Positions 40,644 through 51,617 are shown, counted from the stretch's first letter. The stretch: 64,000 nt of DNA from an uncultured Agathobacter sp. (GCA_945910395.1 CAMDYX010000007.1:3588-67587), one strand, 5' to 3'. Numbers and translations: made by a program. The notes: generated by a model not told the origin, from the letters alone.

Positions 40644-41443
40644 AGGAACGCTTAGACGTACTTTTGGTTCAAAAAGGCTTGGCTCCTTCCAGAGAGAAAG
40701 CAAAAAGCATGATCATGGAAGGAAATGTGTTTGTAAATAACAATCGTGAGGATAAGGCAGGCTCCATGTTTCCGGAGGACTGCGTGATTGAAATCCATGG
40801 AAATACCTTAAAATATGTCAGCCGCGGTGGATTGAAGTTAGAAAAGGCAATGACACATTTTCATATTAATTTAGAGGACTGCATCTGTATGGATATCGGT
40901 GCATCCACCGGTGGCTTTACCGACTGTATGCTTCAGAATGGAGCCAAAAAAGTATATTCGGTGGATGTAGGATACGGACAATTTGCATGGAAGCTTCGTC
41001 AGGATCCGAGAGTTGTCTGTATGGAAAAGACGAATATCCGCTATGTAACGCCCCAGGATATTGATGATGTATTGGATTTTGCGTCTGTGGACGTGTCCTT
41101 TATTTCTCTTACAAAGGTGCTTCCGGCAGCCCATGAGCTGTTAAAGGAACACGGACAGATGGTTTGCCTGATTAAACCACAGTTTGAGGCCGGCCGGGAA
41201 AAGGTGGGGAAAAAGGGAGTGGTCCGGGATAAAAATGTGCATATCGAAGTGATTGAACATGTCATTTCCTTTGCCCTTTCCAATGGCTTTTCGGTTCACC
41301 ATCTGGAGTATTCCCCAATAAAGGGACCGGAAGGAAATATAGAGTATCTGGTACATATTGAAAAAGCAACAGAGCCCGTAAAGGAGGAGTCCGTTGATAT
41401 CCCTGCTGTGGTTTGCGCAGCGCATGGAGAATTGGACAAATAA
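40640..41443 (+). CDS. tlyA: TlyA family rRNA methyltransferase
   Basis: YVSRGGLKL, DIGASTGGFT, LIKPQFE. Confidence 0.93.
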   Translation: MKERLDVLLVQKGLAPSREKAKSMIMEGNVFVNNNREDKAGSMFPEDCVIEIHGNTLKYVSRGGLKLEKAMTHFHINLEDCICMDIGASTGGFTDCMLQNGAKKVYSVDVGYGQFAWKLRQDPRVVCMEKTNIRYVTPQDIDDVLDFASVDVSFISLTKVLPAAHELLKEHGQMVCLIKPQFEAGREKVGKKGVVRDKNVHIEVIEHVISFALSNGFSVHHLEYSPIKGPEGNIEYLVHIEKATEPVKEESVDIPAVVCAAHGELDK

Positions 41444-41445
41444 GG

Positions 41446-42297
41446 ATGCGTCATTTTCTGATTATTACAAATACCTTTAAGGATGAAGATTTAAAACTAA
41501 CAAAAGAAATGATTGCGTACATCGAAGAAAAGGGTGGAACCGCAAAGGCGCTTCTTAGCAATTCCCAAAAGGAGTCTAATCAGGATGTGCCGATTGAAGG
41601 GATCCCCAAGAATACGGAATGCATCTTTGTTCTTGGCGGGGATGGTACTTTGATTCGGGCTGCAACAAAAGTGAAAGAATTAGGGGTGCCTCTGATTGGT
41701 GTAAACTTAGGAACCCTAGGTTACCTTTGTGAGCTGGAGGAGAATACGGTTTTTCCGGCAATTGACTGCCTCATGAAGGATGACTATCTGGCAGAAGAAC
41801 GCATGATGCTAACAGGCTTTCAGGAAAAGAAGGCAAAAGCAAGGGTGGCGCTGAATGATATTGTCATTCATCGGACAAAGGAGCTGTCCATTTTAAGTCT
41901 TCATGTATATGTAAATGGGGAGTTTTTGAGTACATATCATGCGGACGGAATCATTGTGGCAACCCCTACAGGTTCAACGGGATATAATATGTCTGCCGGC
42001 GGACCGATTGTGGACCCAAAGGCCAACATGATTCTTCTCACCCCAATAAATGCCCACAATCTGAATTCGAAGAGTATTGTTTTAGCACCGGATTCGGAAA
42101 TCGAAATCGAAATCGCCACACGTCGAGCAGAAAAGGACGAGCATGCAACGGTAAGCTTTGACGGCGATGCAATCACAGAACTGGGGGTCGGTGAACGGTT
42201 TGTCATTGCCCGTGCAAACAGCACCACGAAAATTTGTAAATTGAGTAAGAAGAGCTTTTTAGAGATTTTGCGTAAAAAAATGGAAAGCTACACATAG
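41446..42297 (+). CDS. nadK: NAD kinase
   Basis: GGDGT, ND, TPTGSTGY. Confidence 0.93.
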   Translation: MRHFLIITNTFKDEDLKLTKEMIAYIEEKGGTAKALLSNSQKESNQDVPIEGIPKNTECIFVLGGDGTLIRAATKVKELGVPLIGVNLGTLGYLCELEENTVFPAIDCLMKDDYLAEERMMLTGFQEKKAKARVALNDIVIHRTKELSILSLHVYVNGEFLSTYHADGIIVATPTGSTGYNMSAGGPIVDPKANMILLTPINAHNLNSKSIVLAPDSEIEIEIATRRAEKDEHATVSFDGDAITELGVGERFVIARANSTTKICKLSKKSFLEILRKKMESYT

Positions 42298-42312
42298 AGG
42301 AGACAGCAGGGT

Positions 42313-42765
42313 ATGAAAGCAAAACGCCAGTCAAAAATTCTTGAATTAATTCAGCGGTATGACATCGAGACACAGGAGGAGCTGTCTGCCTATCTGATGA
42401 GAGAGGGCTTTGAGGTCACTCAGGCAACGGTATCCAGGGACATCCGGGAATTAAAGCTTACCAAGGTCGTCATGAGTAACGGAAGGCAGAAATACAGTGT
42501 CCTGTCGGAAGCAAACGATCAGATGTCCGAGAAATATGTCCGGGTTTTTAAGGAAGGCTTCCTTTCCATGGACATGGCCCAGAATATTCTTGTGATCAAA
42601 ACGGTCTCGGGAATGGCCAGCGCCGTTGCTGCTGCATTAGATGCCATGCAGATTGGCGGAATCATCGGCTCTATTGCCGGAGATGATACCATCATGTGTG
42701 CAGTAAGGACGGTGGATGATACGGTTTCCATTATGAAAAAGCTTCGAAAAATTGTTGGACCATAA
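42313..42765 (+). CDS. argR: Arginine repressor
   Basis: TQATVSRDI, IAGDDT. Confidence 0.95.
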   Translation: MKAKRQSKILELIQRYDIETQEELSAYLMREGFEVTQATVSRDIRELKLTKVVMSNGRQKYSVLSEANDQMSEKYVRVFKEGFLSMDMAQNILVIKTVSGMASAVAAALDAMQIGGIIGSIAGDDTIMCAVRTVDDTVSIMKKLRKIVGP

Positions 42766-42813
42766 CATGGTATAAAATAGATGCGTGCTTAAAAGAGAGT
42801 AGAAGGAGAACCT

Positions 42814-44487
42814 ATGTTACAGAATCTGCATGTGAAAAATCTTGCTCTGATTCAGGAAGCAGATGTGGAATTCGATGAGGGACTGAATATCTTAACCGGC
42901 GAGACCGGTGCAGGAAAGTCTATTATTATCGGTTCCATGAATTTGGCCCTAGGAGAGAAGGTGCCAAAGGAGATGCTTCGTGGGAACGATGACCCAGCCC
43001 TTGTAGAGCTTGTTTTTTCCGTGGAAAATGAAAAGACCATTCAAAAATTGAGAGACCTTGAGGTGGAGCCGGAAGACGGACTTGTGGTGTTAAGCCGAAA
43101 GATCACGCAGCAAAGAAGCGTTGGAAGAATCAATGGGGAGACCGTTCCGGCATCGAGAATGAAGGAAGTGGCAGACCTGCTCATTGACATCTGCGGACAG
43201 CACGAAAACCAGCTATTGTTATCCAAGAAAAAGCATTTGGAAATATTGGATGAGTATGCAAAAGAAAGGCTGGAGGAGAAAAAGCGAAAGCTCTTTGAGC
43301 AGTATCATGCCTATCGCAGATTAAAGGAAGAATATGAAGCTGCAAAAATAGATACCAACGAGCAGCAAAGAGAGTTATCCCTGCTGGAGTATGAAGTAAA
43401 AGAGATTGAAGAAGCAAAGCTTGTACCCGGAGAAGACGAGGAACTGGAAGAACAGTTCAAACGGTTCTCCAACGGAAAGAAAATCATGGAGAGCGTAAGC
43501 CTTGCCTATGCTGCCACCGGCGGAGAGATGGAAAGCGCATCGGAGCTTTTGGGAAGAGCTGTCCGGGAGTTGTCAGCTGTAATGAGCTATGACAAAGAAG
43601 TGGAAGCTTTGCAGGAGCAGCTGGCAGAGATTGATAACCTGTTAAGTGATTTTAATCATGACATTTCAGGGTATATGGATTCGGCTGATTTTGACGGGGA
43701 GCGTTTTTATGAGATTGAAAAACGACTGGATCTTCTCAACCACTTAAAGTCAAAATACGGAAGCTCCATTGAGGAGGTTTTAGAAGCCTGCAGTAGGAAG
43801 CAGGAGCGCATAGAAAAGCTGCAGGATTATGATACCTATTTGAACGGGTTATCTGCCTCTATTGAGAAGCAGGAAAAACAGGTGAAAGCGCTATCGGAGG
43901 AAATTTCATCCATCCGGCAGGAGGAAGCCCAAAAACTGACGGCTTCCATTGCAGAGGCGCTGGATGAACTGAATTTCTTAGATGTCTCCTTTACCATGGA
44001 TTTTAAACGGCTTGAGGATTATACGGCAAATGGTGTGGATGATGCGCAGTTTCTGATTTCTACCAATCCGGGTGAGCCGCTAAAGCCTTTGGAGCGGGTT
44101 GCATCCGGAGGAGAATTGTCAAGAATCATGCTTGCCATCAAGACGGTGATGGCAGAGAGTGACGAAATTTCCACTCTGATTTTCGATGAGATCGATAATG
44201 GAATCAGCGGCAGGACTGCGCAGATGGTATCGGAAAAGATGAATCTTCTCGGAAGAAACCATCAGATTATTTGTATTACACATTTGCCGCAGATTGCAGC
44301 TATGGCGGATTCTCATTTCCTGATTGAAAAATCGGTGATGAATCAGTCTACGGTTTCTGAAATAAAAAAATTGAACATTGAGGAAAGTGTAAGTGAGCTT
44401 GCAAGAATGCTCGGCGGAGTCGAGATTACAGATACGGTATATCAGAATGCCCGTGAAATGAAGCAAATGGCTTACATGAAAAAATGA
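42814..44487 (+). CDS. recN: DNA repair protein RecN
   Basis: TGETGAGKS, ASGGELSR, IFDEID, THLPQIA. Confidence 0.96.
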   Translation: MLQNLHVKNLALIQEADVEFDEGLNILTGETGAGKSIIIGSMNLALGEKVPKEMLRGNDDPALVELVFSVENEKTIQKLRDLEVEPEDGLVVLSRKITQQRSVGRINGETVPASRMKEVADLLIDICGQHENQLLLSKKKHLEILDEYAKERLEEKKRKLFEQYHAYRRLKEEYEAAKIDTNEQQRELSLLEYEVKEIEEAKLVPGEDEELEEQFKRFSNGKKIMESVSLAYAATGGEMESASELLGRAVRELSAVMSYDKEVEALQEQLAEIDNLLSDFNHDISGYMDSADFDGERFYEIEKRLDLLNHLKSKYGSSIEEVLEACSRKQERIEKLQDYDTYLNGLSASIEKQEKQVKALSEEISSIRQEEAQKLTASIAEALDELNFLDVSFTMDFKRLEDYTANGVDDAQFLISTNPGEPLKPLERVASGGELSRIMLAIKTVMAESDEISTLIFDEIDNGISGRTAQMVSEKMNLLGRNHQIICITHLPQIAAMADSHFLIEKSVMNQSTVSEIKKLNIEESVSELARMLGGVEITDTVYQNAREMKQMAYMKK

Positions 44488-44526
44488 TTTTTCCGCATAC
44501 TATCAAAAAACGTTTGGAGTGGTAGT

Positions 44527-45750
44527 ATGCGGTTTTTTTCTGCAAAAATATATAAAAATGTGATATGGCTGTATCTGACGGTATTTGTCTGTTTTGCTTA
44601 TACAACACTGATGAATTCTATTCCGGACCATATCTATATAAAAGAGGGTGAAGAAATTCACTCGCATTTTTCTGTGCCGGTGGAGTTTGAAAAGGTGGAG
44701 GATGAGCAGGAGGTCTTTGCCAAAAAAAGGAATGCAGCAACGAAGGAGAACTATACCGTTGTGTGCAAATTGTGCGGAGTGATTCCGATCAAACATATGG
44801 AGGTTTCTGTCATTCAGCCACAGTCGGTATTTGTATCCGGCCGGGTGATCGGAATATACGGACATACCTCCGGGGTATTGGTGCTTGATACAACAACCAT
44901 TGAAGACAAAAATGGAATCAAATGCGCGCCGGCTGAAAATCGAATTATGCCCGGGGATTATATTCTCGCCGTGAATGATATGGAAATCAACGAGAAGGAA
45001 GATCTGATTTCCATGATCAATTCGTGCCAAATGGAGGATATGGTGGTTACAGTAAGCAGAAAAGGAGAGTATGTAAAGGTCTTAGTATCAGCGGTAGAGG
45101 TCAAAGATGGAAGCTATATGCTTGGAATCTGGGTAAAGGATGATATGGCAGGAATCGGAACCATGACCTATTATTCCGAAAATGGATCTTTTGGAGCCCT
45201 TGGACATGGAATCGGAGATGGCGAGACCGGTGAGCTTCTTTCCATGTCAGATGGAAGTATCTACTATACGAAGGTTTTGGATGTAACCAAGGGAAAGAAG
45301 GGGGAACCCGGTGAATTGGAAGGACTGATCTACTATGGAAAGCAGAACCAGCTGGGTCGTTTAATAGGAAACGACAGCCTGGGGATTTACGGAATTCTGG
45401 ACGAGGAAGATTATCTGGAGTTTTCACAGGCAGATGCGCTGCTGGAAATCGGATATAAGCAGGATTTTCAAACCGGTAAAGCGTATATCCTATCGGATGT
45501 GGATGGAGAAGTAAAACCGTATGAAATAGAAATTTCGGAAATTGACTATCAGGCGAAGGACAGCAATAAAGGGATTCATTTTACGGTGACGGATGAAGAA
45601 CTGTTAGAAAAGACCGGTGGAATTGTGCAGGGGATGAGTGGCAGTCCGATCATTCAAAATGAGAAGATCATCGGAGCGGTGACACATGTGCTGGTGAACG
45701 ATCCCGCAAGAGGATATGGGATATTCATTGAAAACATGATCGAACACTAG
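44527..45750 (+). CDS. spoIVB: SpoIVB peptidase
   Basis: PDZ domain, ALGHGI, GGIVQGMSGSPI; CATACTA (sigmaG-like -10) at 44496-44502. Confidence 0.93.
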   Translation: MRFFSAKIYKNVIWLYLTVFVCFAYTTLMNSIPDHIYIKEGEEIHSHFSVPVEFEKVEDEQEVFAKKRNAATKENYTVVCKLCGVIPIKHMEVSVIQPQSVFVSGRVIGIYGHTSGVLVLDTTTIEDKNGIKCAPAENRIMPGDYILAVNDMEINEKEDLISMINSCQMEDMVVTVSRKGEYVKVLVSAVEVKDGSYMLGIWVKDDMAGIGTMTYYSENGSFGALGHGIGDGETGELLSMSDGSIYYTKVLDVTKGKKGEPGELEGLIYYGKQNQLGRLIGNDSLGIYGILDEEDYLEFSQADALLEIGYKQDFQTGKAYILSDVDGEVKPYEIEISEIDYQAKDSNKGIHFTVTDEELLEKTGGIVQGMSGSPIIQNEKIIGAVTHVLVNDPARGYGIFIENMIEH

Positions 45751-45751
45751 A

Positions 45752-45980
45752 GTCCAAGCTGTACAGGAGTAAAATGAGGCGATGCAAGCTTGCTTGTATG
45801 AGCCTCATTTTTACGAGTGGACAATTTGGCGAAAGCCAAACACTGAGGAAAAGCGAAGCTTTTTCGAAGTGGCTTGGACGTAAGTCTGTCGGGTGCTGCC
45901 CGGCAGAAGCGGACTGCGAATGTAGCGAAGCTTTTTCGAAGTGGCTTGGACGTAAGTCTGTCGGGTGCTGCCCGGCAGAA
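45752..45980. repeat. REP-like multi-hairpin element with an exact 57-bp duplication (45852-45908 and 45924-45980)
   Basis: Closing stem gtccaagc/gcttggac, internal hairpins, GCGAAGC mini-hairpins. Confidence 0.8.
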
Positions 45981-46079
45981 ATAAGAAAAACATAAATGTT
46001 TTCCACCTTTTGTAAAACCCTCTGCTTTGTGATATCATATGTATATTACAAAGCATATGACATAAGGGAGGTTTTTATA

Positions 46080-47684
46080 ATGTTCATTGAATTCTTAGGA
46101 GCGGATCGGGAGGTTACCGGAAGCTGTCATTTTCTATCCTTTGGGGAGAAGCGCATTCTCATTGACTGCGGCATGGAACAGGGACCGGATCTGTATGTGA
46201 ATCAGGAAATTCCGGTAAATCCGGCAATCATTGATTATGTATTTCTTACCCATGCACATATTGACCACTCCGGTCTTTTGCCGCTTTTGTATAATCATGG
46301 CTTCCGGGGCGAAATCTATGCCACAAAAGCAACCTGCGAGCTGTGTAACATTATGCTAAAGGATTCTGCACATATTCAGGAGTTTGAAGCAGAGTGGAGA
46401 AACCGAAAGGCAAAAAGAGCCGGGGCGCCGGAGGTTACACCACTCTACGATTTAAATGATGCAGTTGGGGTTTTAGAGCATTTTCATGCCATGGATTATG
46501 ACACAATCTCTGAGATCTGCGAAGATTTAAAGGTGCGCTTTGTGGATGCCGGACATTTGCTTGGCTCTGCCTCCATTGAGCTTTGGGTGACAGAGGATGA
46601 TATTACGAAAAAGATTGTCTTTTCCGGTGACATTGGAAATGGGAACAGACCACTCATTAAAAACCCGAAGTATATCCATGAGGCAGATTATGTCGTTATG
46701 GAGTCCACCTACGGAAATCGCAATCATGATACACCGCCGGATTATGCGAAGCTTCTTGCTGAGGTGATAAAGGATACCTTTGAACGGGGCGGAAATCTTG
46801 TGATTCCGGCATTTGCAGTAGGAAGAACCCAGGAAATGCTTTATCATATACGAAGAATAAAGACGGAAAATCTGCTGCCGGAATATCCTCAGTTTGATGT
46901 GTATATCGATAGCCCCTTGGCGGTTGAGGCAACCAATATTTTTCATAAAAATGTGTCCGAGTGCTTCTCAGAGGAGGCATTGGCTTTGGTTGAAGCCGGA
47001 ATTAATCCGATCCGTTTTGATGGATTAAAGGTTGCGGTTACCAGTGACGAATCCCGGATGATCAACTTTATCGAAAAACCCAAGGTTATTATCTCCGCAT
47101 CGGGAATGTGTGAAGCCGGTCGTATCCGGCATCATTTGAAGCATAATCTCTGGAGAGCCGATTCCACCATCCTTTTTGTAGGATACCAGGTGGAGGGAAC
47201 TCTCGGAAACACACTTCTAAATGGAGCAAAGACGGTGAAGCTCTTTGGTGAAGAAATTGACGTTAAGGCAAAAATCGTTAATCTTCCCGGAATCAGCGGA
47301 CATGCGGACAAGGATCATCTGACCGAATGGATCAAAGCCTTCGGAAATACGCCCAAAAGAGTTTTTATTGTCCACGGTGAGGAAAGTACCGCGGTTTCCT
47401 TTGCGGAGCATGTCAATGAGGTAACAAAAATCAGTGCGGTTGCGCCTTTTTCCGGGGATGCTTATGACCTGATTACCAATACCTGTGTTGCGGTAGGTGA
47501 TAGAAAAAAAGTAGAAAAGAAGCCTGCTAAGACAAAATCTGCCTCCAACATGGTATTTGATCGTCTTGTTGCAGCCGGGGCAAGACTTGTGGCTGTAATT
47601 CAAAAGTGCAAAGGAATGGCTAACAAGGATCTTGGAAAATTCGCAGATCAGATTAATGCATTGTGCGATAAATGGGATCGTTAG
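46080..47684 (+). CDS. Metallo-beta-lactamase/beta-CASP ribonuclease
   Basis: THAHIDH, AGHLLG, SGD, ESTYG, SGHAD, VHGE. Confidence 0.9.
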   Translation: MFIEFLGADREVTGSCHFLSFGEKRILIDCGMEQGPDLYVNQEIPVNPAIIDYVFLTHAHIDHSGLLPLLYNHGFRGEIYATKATCELCNIMLKDSAHIQEFEAEWRNRKAKRAGAPEVTPLYDLNDAVGVLEHFHAMDYDTISEICEDLKVRFVDAGHLLGSASIELWVTEDDITKKIVFSGDIGNGNRPLIKNPKYIHEADYVVMESTYGNRNHDTPPDYAKLLAEVIKDTFERGGNLVIPAFAVGRTQEMLYHIRRIKTENLLPEYPQFDVYIDSPLAVEATNIFHKNVSECFSEEALALVEAGINPIRFDGLKVAVTSDESRMINFIEKPKVIISASGMCEAGRIRHHLKHNLWRADSTILFVGYQVEGTLGNTLLNGAKTVKLFGEEIDVKAKIVNLPGISGHADKDHLTEWIKAFGNTPKRVFIVHGEESTAVSFAEHVNEVTKISAVAPFSGDAYDLITNTCVAVGDRKKVEKKPAKTKSASNMVFDRLVAAGARLVAVIQKCKGMANKDLGKFADQINALCDKWDR

Positions 47685-47703
47685 ACAGAAGGTTATTTCA
47701 GAA

Positions 47704-49443
47704 ATGCGTTTTATTTTTTCCTATTTGAAAAAGTATATAAAGGTCATGACGATTGGACTGGGAATCAAGCTTTTAGCAAGTATCGGAGAGCTTCTGATTC
47801 CATATGTTCTCGAACACATCATTGACGAGGTGGTGCCTACTAAAATGGTATGGATGTCTCTGCTGTGGGGAGGGGTAATGATTGGACTTGCGATATTGGT
47901 AAGGCAGTTTAACATTGCTGCGAACCGAAGGGCAGTTAAGGTTGCGGCGGAAAGCAGCTTTGAGATTCGAAATGATTTGTTTGAAAAGTCCCTAAATCTT
48001 TCCGGAAATCAGGTGGATGAGATCGGACTTCCTTCCCTGACCTCAAGACTTACTTCCGATTCCTACAATATTCAGAATTTCATTCGCGCCATGCAGACTA
48101 TGGGGGTCCGTGCGCCCATGCTGCTTTTTGGAGGGATTTTTGTAACTCTTGTTATGGAGTGGAGATTAGCGCTGATTTTGTGTATCCTTGCACCGATTAT
48201 GATTGCAATCATGGTCTGCATTTCTCTAAAGGGTATTCCTTTTTACGATATGGTGCAAAACAGTCTGGATGAAATTGTGCGGATCATGCGGGAGAATATT
48301 ACCGGAATCCGTGTGGTAAAAGCCTTGTCTAAGGAGGATTACGAGCGGGGACGCTATGGGAAGGCCAATGATGACATGGAAAAAAAGGATGCCTATGCAG
48401 GTACCGTTATGTCGCTTCCGGTTCCCCTTGTGACCCTGCTCCTTAATGTGGGGCTTACCGTGGTTGTGGTTGTGGGAGCCTATCTGGTAAACAGTGGGGT
48501 GACAAAACCCGGAGTAATTCTGGCTTTTCTTACATATTTTAACATGATGCTTATGGGAGTTATGGGCTTAAGCAGAATTTTTGTGATGATGTCAAAAGCC
48601 AATGCCTCAGCCATACGTATTGAGCATGTGGTGAAGCTGCAGGATGAACTGGTACCGATACCAACATATGAGGAAAGTACAGATGGGGACGAGGCCTATA
48701 TCCGTTTTGACCATGTTACCTTTAAATACGGAAAGGATGATCCTCTGGCAGGACATACAAGACAGAATTGTCTGACGGATATTGATTTTCAAATACCAAA
48801 GGGTCATTCCCTTGGCATCATCGGCGCAACGGGAGCCGGAAAAACCACTATCATCAATCTGTTGATGCGTTTTTATGATACGACAGAGGGTGAAATCTAT
48901 ATCGCAGGGAAAAATGTAAAATCCTACGAAAAGAAAGCGCTCCATCAAATGTTTGGTGTTGTGTTTCAAAACGATGCGATTTTTGCAGATACCCTAAAGG
49001 AAAACATTGCTTTCGGAAGAGATGTGGAGGAGGAACAGATTCTAAAAGCGGTGGAGGAAGCAAGAGCCAAGGAGTTTATAGAAAACTATGATGACGGACT
49101 GATGCATGAGGCTGTCATTCATGGTGCAAATTTAAGCGGCGGGCAGAAGCAGCGGATCCTCATTGCAAGGGCCCTTGCTGCAAACCCGGATATTCTGATA
49201 TTGGATGATTCTTCCAGTGCGCTGGATTACAAGACGGATTCTATGCTTAGAAAAGCCATCCGTAAGAATCACAATACGACAACAACCATTGTCGTAGCAC
49301 AGCGCATCAGCTCCATCATGACCTTAGATGACATCCTGGTACTGGATGATGGAGTAATGATTGGCCACGGAACCCATGAAGAGCTGATGGAGAACTGTAG
49401 TGTGTATCAGGATATATATAAAACACAGATGGGAGGTGCTTAA
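47704..49443 (+). CDS. ABC exporter, TMD-NBD half (degenerate site)
   Basis: GATGAGKT, LSGGQ, LDDSSSALD. Confidence 0.9.
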   Translation: MRFIFSYLKKYIKVMTIGLGIKLLASIGELLIPYVLEHIIDEVVPTKMVWMSLLWGGVMIGLAILVRQFNIAANRRAVKVAAESSFEIRNDLFEKSLNLSGNQVDEIGLPSLTSRLTSDSYNIQNFIRAMQTMGVRAPMLLFGGIFVTLVMEWRLALILCILAPIMIAIMVCISLKGIPFYDMVQNSLDEIVRIMRENITGIRVVKALSKEDYERGRYGKANDDMEKKDAYAGTVMSLPVPLVTLLLNVGLTVVVVVGAYLVNSGVTKPGVILAFLTYFNMMLMGVMGLSRIFVMMSKANASAIRIEHVVKLQDELVPIPTYEESTDGDEAYIRFDHVTFKYGKDDPLAGHTRQNCLTDIDFQIPKGHSLGIIGATGAGKTTIINLLMRFYDTTEGEIYIAGKNVKSYEKKALHQMFGVVFQNDAIFADTLKENIAFGRDVEEEQILKAVEEARAKEFIENYDDGLMHEAVIHGANLSGGQKQRILIARALAANPDILILDDSSSALDYKTDSMLRKAIRKNHNTTTTIVVAQRISSIMTLDDILVLDDGVMIGHGTHEELMENCSVYQDIYKTQMGGA

Positions 49444-49446
49444 GGT

Positions 49447-51216
49447 ATGGCAAAAATGGATTCCATCCGTGTGAAACCAAAGGATACAAAGGGAACCCTT
49501 CGAAGAGTACTTTCCTATATTGGCCAGTACCGGTATGTGATTGCGCTGGTACTCTTTCTATGTCTTATCAGCAATGCTTTTGCTTTGCTCGGACCATCAC
49601 TGGCAGGAAATGCCATCAATGAGGCGGCGGCAGGAAAAGGAAAGGTGAATTTTTCCAATGTCTATTATTATGCAGGCCGGATGTTACTTTGTTATCTGGT
49701 ATCGTCGCTTCTTACCATTGCAATTGATATTATCATGGTTCGTGTCAGTAAGGGAATTGCCCACAAGATGCGAAAGGATGTTTTTGAAAAACTGATGCGT
49801 CTTCCGGTGGGCTTTTTTGACCGAAACCAGGCAGGAGATATCATCAGCCGTGTCTCCTATGACATTGATGTTATCAGTACCTGCCTGGCAACGGATGTGG
49901 TACAGATTATGACGAGCTTCGTAACGGTCATGGGAGCCTTTATTATGATGGTTTCCATTTCCCCGATTTTAGCCCTTACTGTGCTGGTTACGATACCGCT
50001 TTCCGTAGTTTATACCACAAAAATGAGGAAAATCACCCAGCCGCTTTTTTCCAAGCGTTCGAAAAACTATGGAAAAATGAATGGATTTGCAGAGGAAATG
50101 CTGTCCGGACAGAAAACGATTCTGGCCTATGCCTACGAGGAGCGGATGCAAAAGCGGTTTAAGGGGATTAACCGAGAGGTGGCAGACTCCTTCAATGAAG
50201 CAGAATATTATGGCTGCACCATGGGACCATCTGTGAACGCAATCAACAACCTAAGCTTATGTCTGATTGCCATGTTTGGCTCCATTCTTTATATGAAGGA
50301 TGTGATCGTCTTAGGACAGATTTCTGCCTTTGTTCTTTATTCCAGAAAATTCTCCGGGCCAATCAATGAAATTGCAAATATTCTGAATGAACTGTACTCT
50401 GCATTATCTGCGGCAGAACGGGTATTTAACCTGTTAGATGAAGAGGAGGAGCTGGCAGATCGGGAGGCTGCTACTGAGCTTACCGATGTAAACGGAAATG
50501 TAGAGCTTTCCCACGTGTATTTTGGATATGAGGAAGGGAAAACGATTATCCATGATTTGAGCCTGAAGGCAGACGCAGGAAAGCTGATTGCAATTGTAGG
50601 ACCCACAGGTGCGGGAAAAACAACCATCATCAATCTTTTGATGCGGTTTTATGATGTAAATGCCGGAGCAGTTCTGGTGGATGAGGGAGATATCAGAGAT
50701 TACACCAGAAGGAGCTTAAGGAGTGCCTATGCCATGGTTCTGCAGGATACCTGGGTTTTTAAGGGAACGATTTTCGAGAACATTGCATACGGAAAAGAAG
50801 ATGCCACCATGGAGGAGGTAGTAGAAGCGGCGAAGGCAGCAAGCATTCATTCCTTTATCATGCGCCTTCCAAAAGGCTATGACACGGTGATCACAGAGGA
50901 TGGGGGAAATATTTCAAAAGGGCAAAAGCAGCTCCTTACCATTGCCCGGGCCATGCTGTATGATGCCAAAATGCTGATTTTGGATGAGGCAACCTCAAAT
51001 GTGGATACCAAGACCGAACGGAAAATCCAAAAAGCCATGCGGGAGCTAATGAAGGATAAGACCTGCTTTGTGATTGCCCACCGCCTATCCACCATTGAAA
51101 ATGCAGATGCCATATTGGTATTGAACCACGGTGATGTAGTGGAGCAGGGAACCCATGAAGAACTCATGGAAAAAAAGAAATTTTATTACAATTTGTATGC
51201 ATCACAGTTTGAATGA
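49447..51216 (+). CDS. ABC exporter, TMD-NBD half (heterodimer partner)
   Basis: GPTGAGKT, ISKGQ, LDEATS, IAHRLST. Confidence 0.9.
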   Translation: MAKMDSIRVKPKDTKGTLRRVLSYIGQYRYVIALVLFLCLISNAFALLGPSLAGNAINEAAAGKGKVNFSNVYYYAGRMLLCYLVSSLLTIAIDIIMVRVSKGIAHKMRKDVFEKLMRLPVGFFDRNQAGDIISRVSYDIDVISTCLATDVVQIMTSFVTVMGAFIMMVSISPILALTVLVTIPLSVVYTTKMRKITQPLFSKRSKNYGKMNGFAEEMLSGQKTILAYAYEERMQKRFKGINREVADSFNEAEYYGCTMGPSVNAINNLSLCLIAMFGSILYMKDVIVLGQISAFVLYSRKFSGPINEIANILNELYSALSAAERVFNLLDEEEELADREAATELTDVNGNVELSHVYFGYEEGKTIIHDLSLKADAGKLIAIVGPTGAGKTTIINLLMRFYDVNAGAVLVDEGDIRDYTRRSLRSAYAMVLQDTWVFKGTIFENIAYGKEDATMEEVVEAAKAASIHSFIMRLPKGYDTVITEDGGNISKGQKQLLTIARAMLYDAKMLILDEATSNVDTKTERKIQKAMRELMKDKTCFVIAHRLSTIENADAILVLNHGDVVEQGTHEELMEKKKFYYNLYASQFE

Positions 51217-51617
51217 ATATAATGGTTTTTCAGAAATTCGAATTCGTTTTTGGAAAAGTGGGATATAAGCTGGATTCGAGGCATTTATAAATCAGAATTG
51301 TGGAATTTGGCAAGATTTGAGGTGCTAGAACTGTCATATACCTAAAATCCTTGAAAAACAACTTCATATTGCAGATTTTTCATGCGAATTGTATTATTTT
51401 GAGGCGTGGAATTTGCGGTGTACCTAATATTTGCAATTTCTTAGGTACAGGTTAAAATTAATCCGGTGAAAACATACAATTGACCTCAAAAAACGCTTAA
51501 AATGCCGCTTTTTTCATAGATTTTAGGTACTGGAAGAAAAGCAACCGGCAAAATTATACAATTTACCGATCAAGCATGAAGCAGGCTCAACACTCTTTCT
51601 TTTTTATTTTACTCTCA

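Noticed and set aside
45843-45870. Hammerhead-like CTGAGGA...CGAA, and TTAATGA...CGAA in the 32.8 and 51.7 kb elements
   Set aside because: The flanks pair directly with each other as a simple hairpin with GA/GA mismatches; there is no three-way junction or complete catalytic core.
45852-45980. Two 57-bp direct repeats as a mini-CRISPR
   Set aside because: The repeat is too long, the spacer is only 15 nt and there are only two copies.
46035-46060. tcatatg-N12-catatga palindrome upstream of the beta-CASP gene
   Set aside because: It is short and AT-rich with no linked regulator, so it cannot be distinguished from chance.
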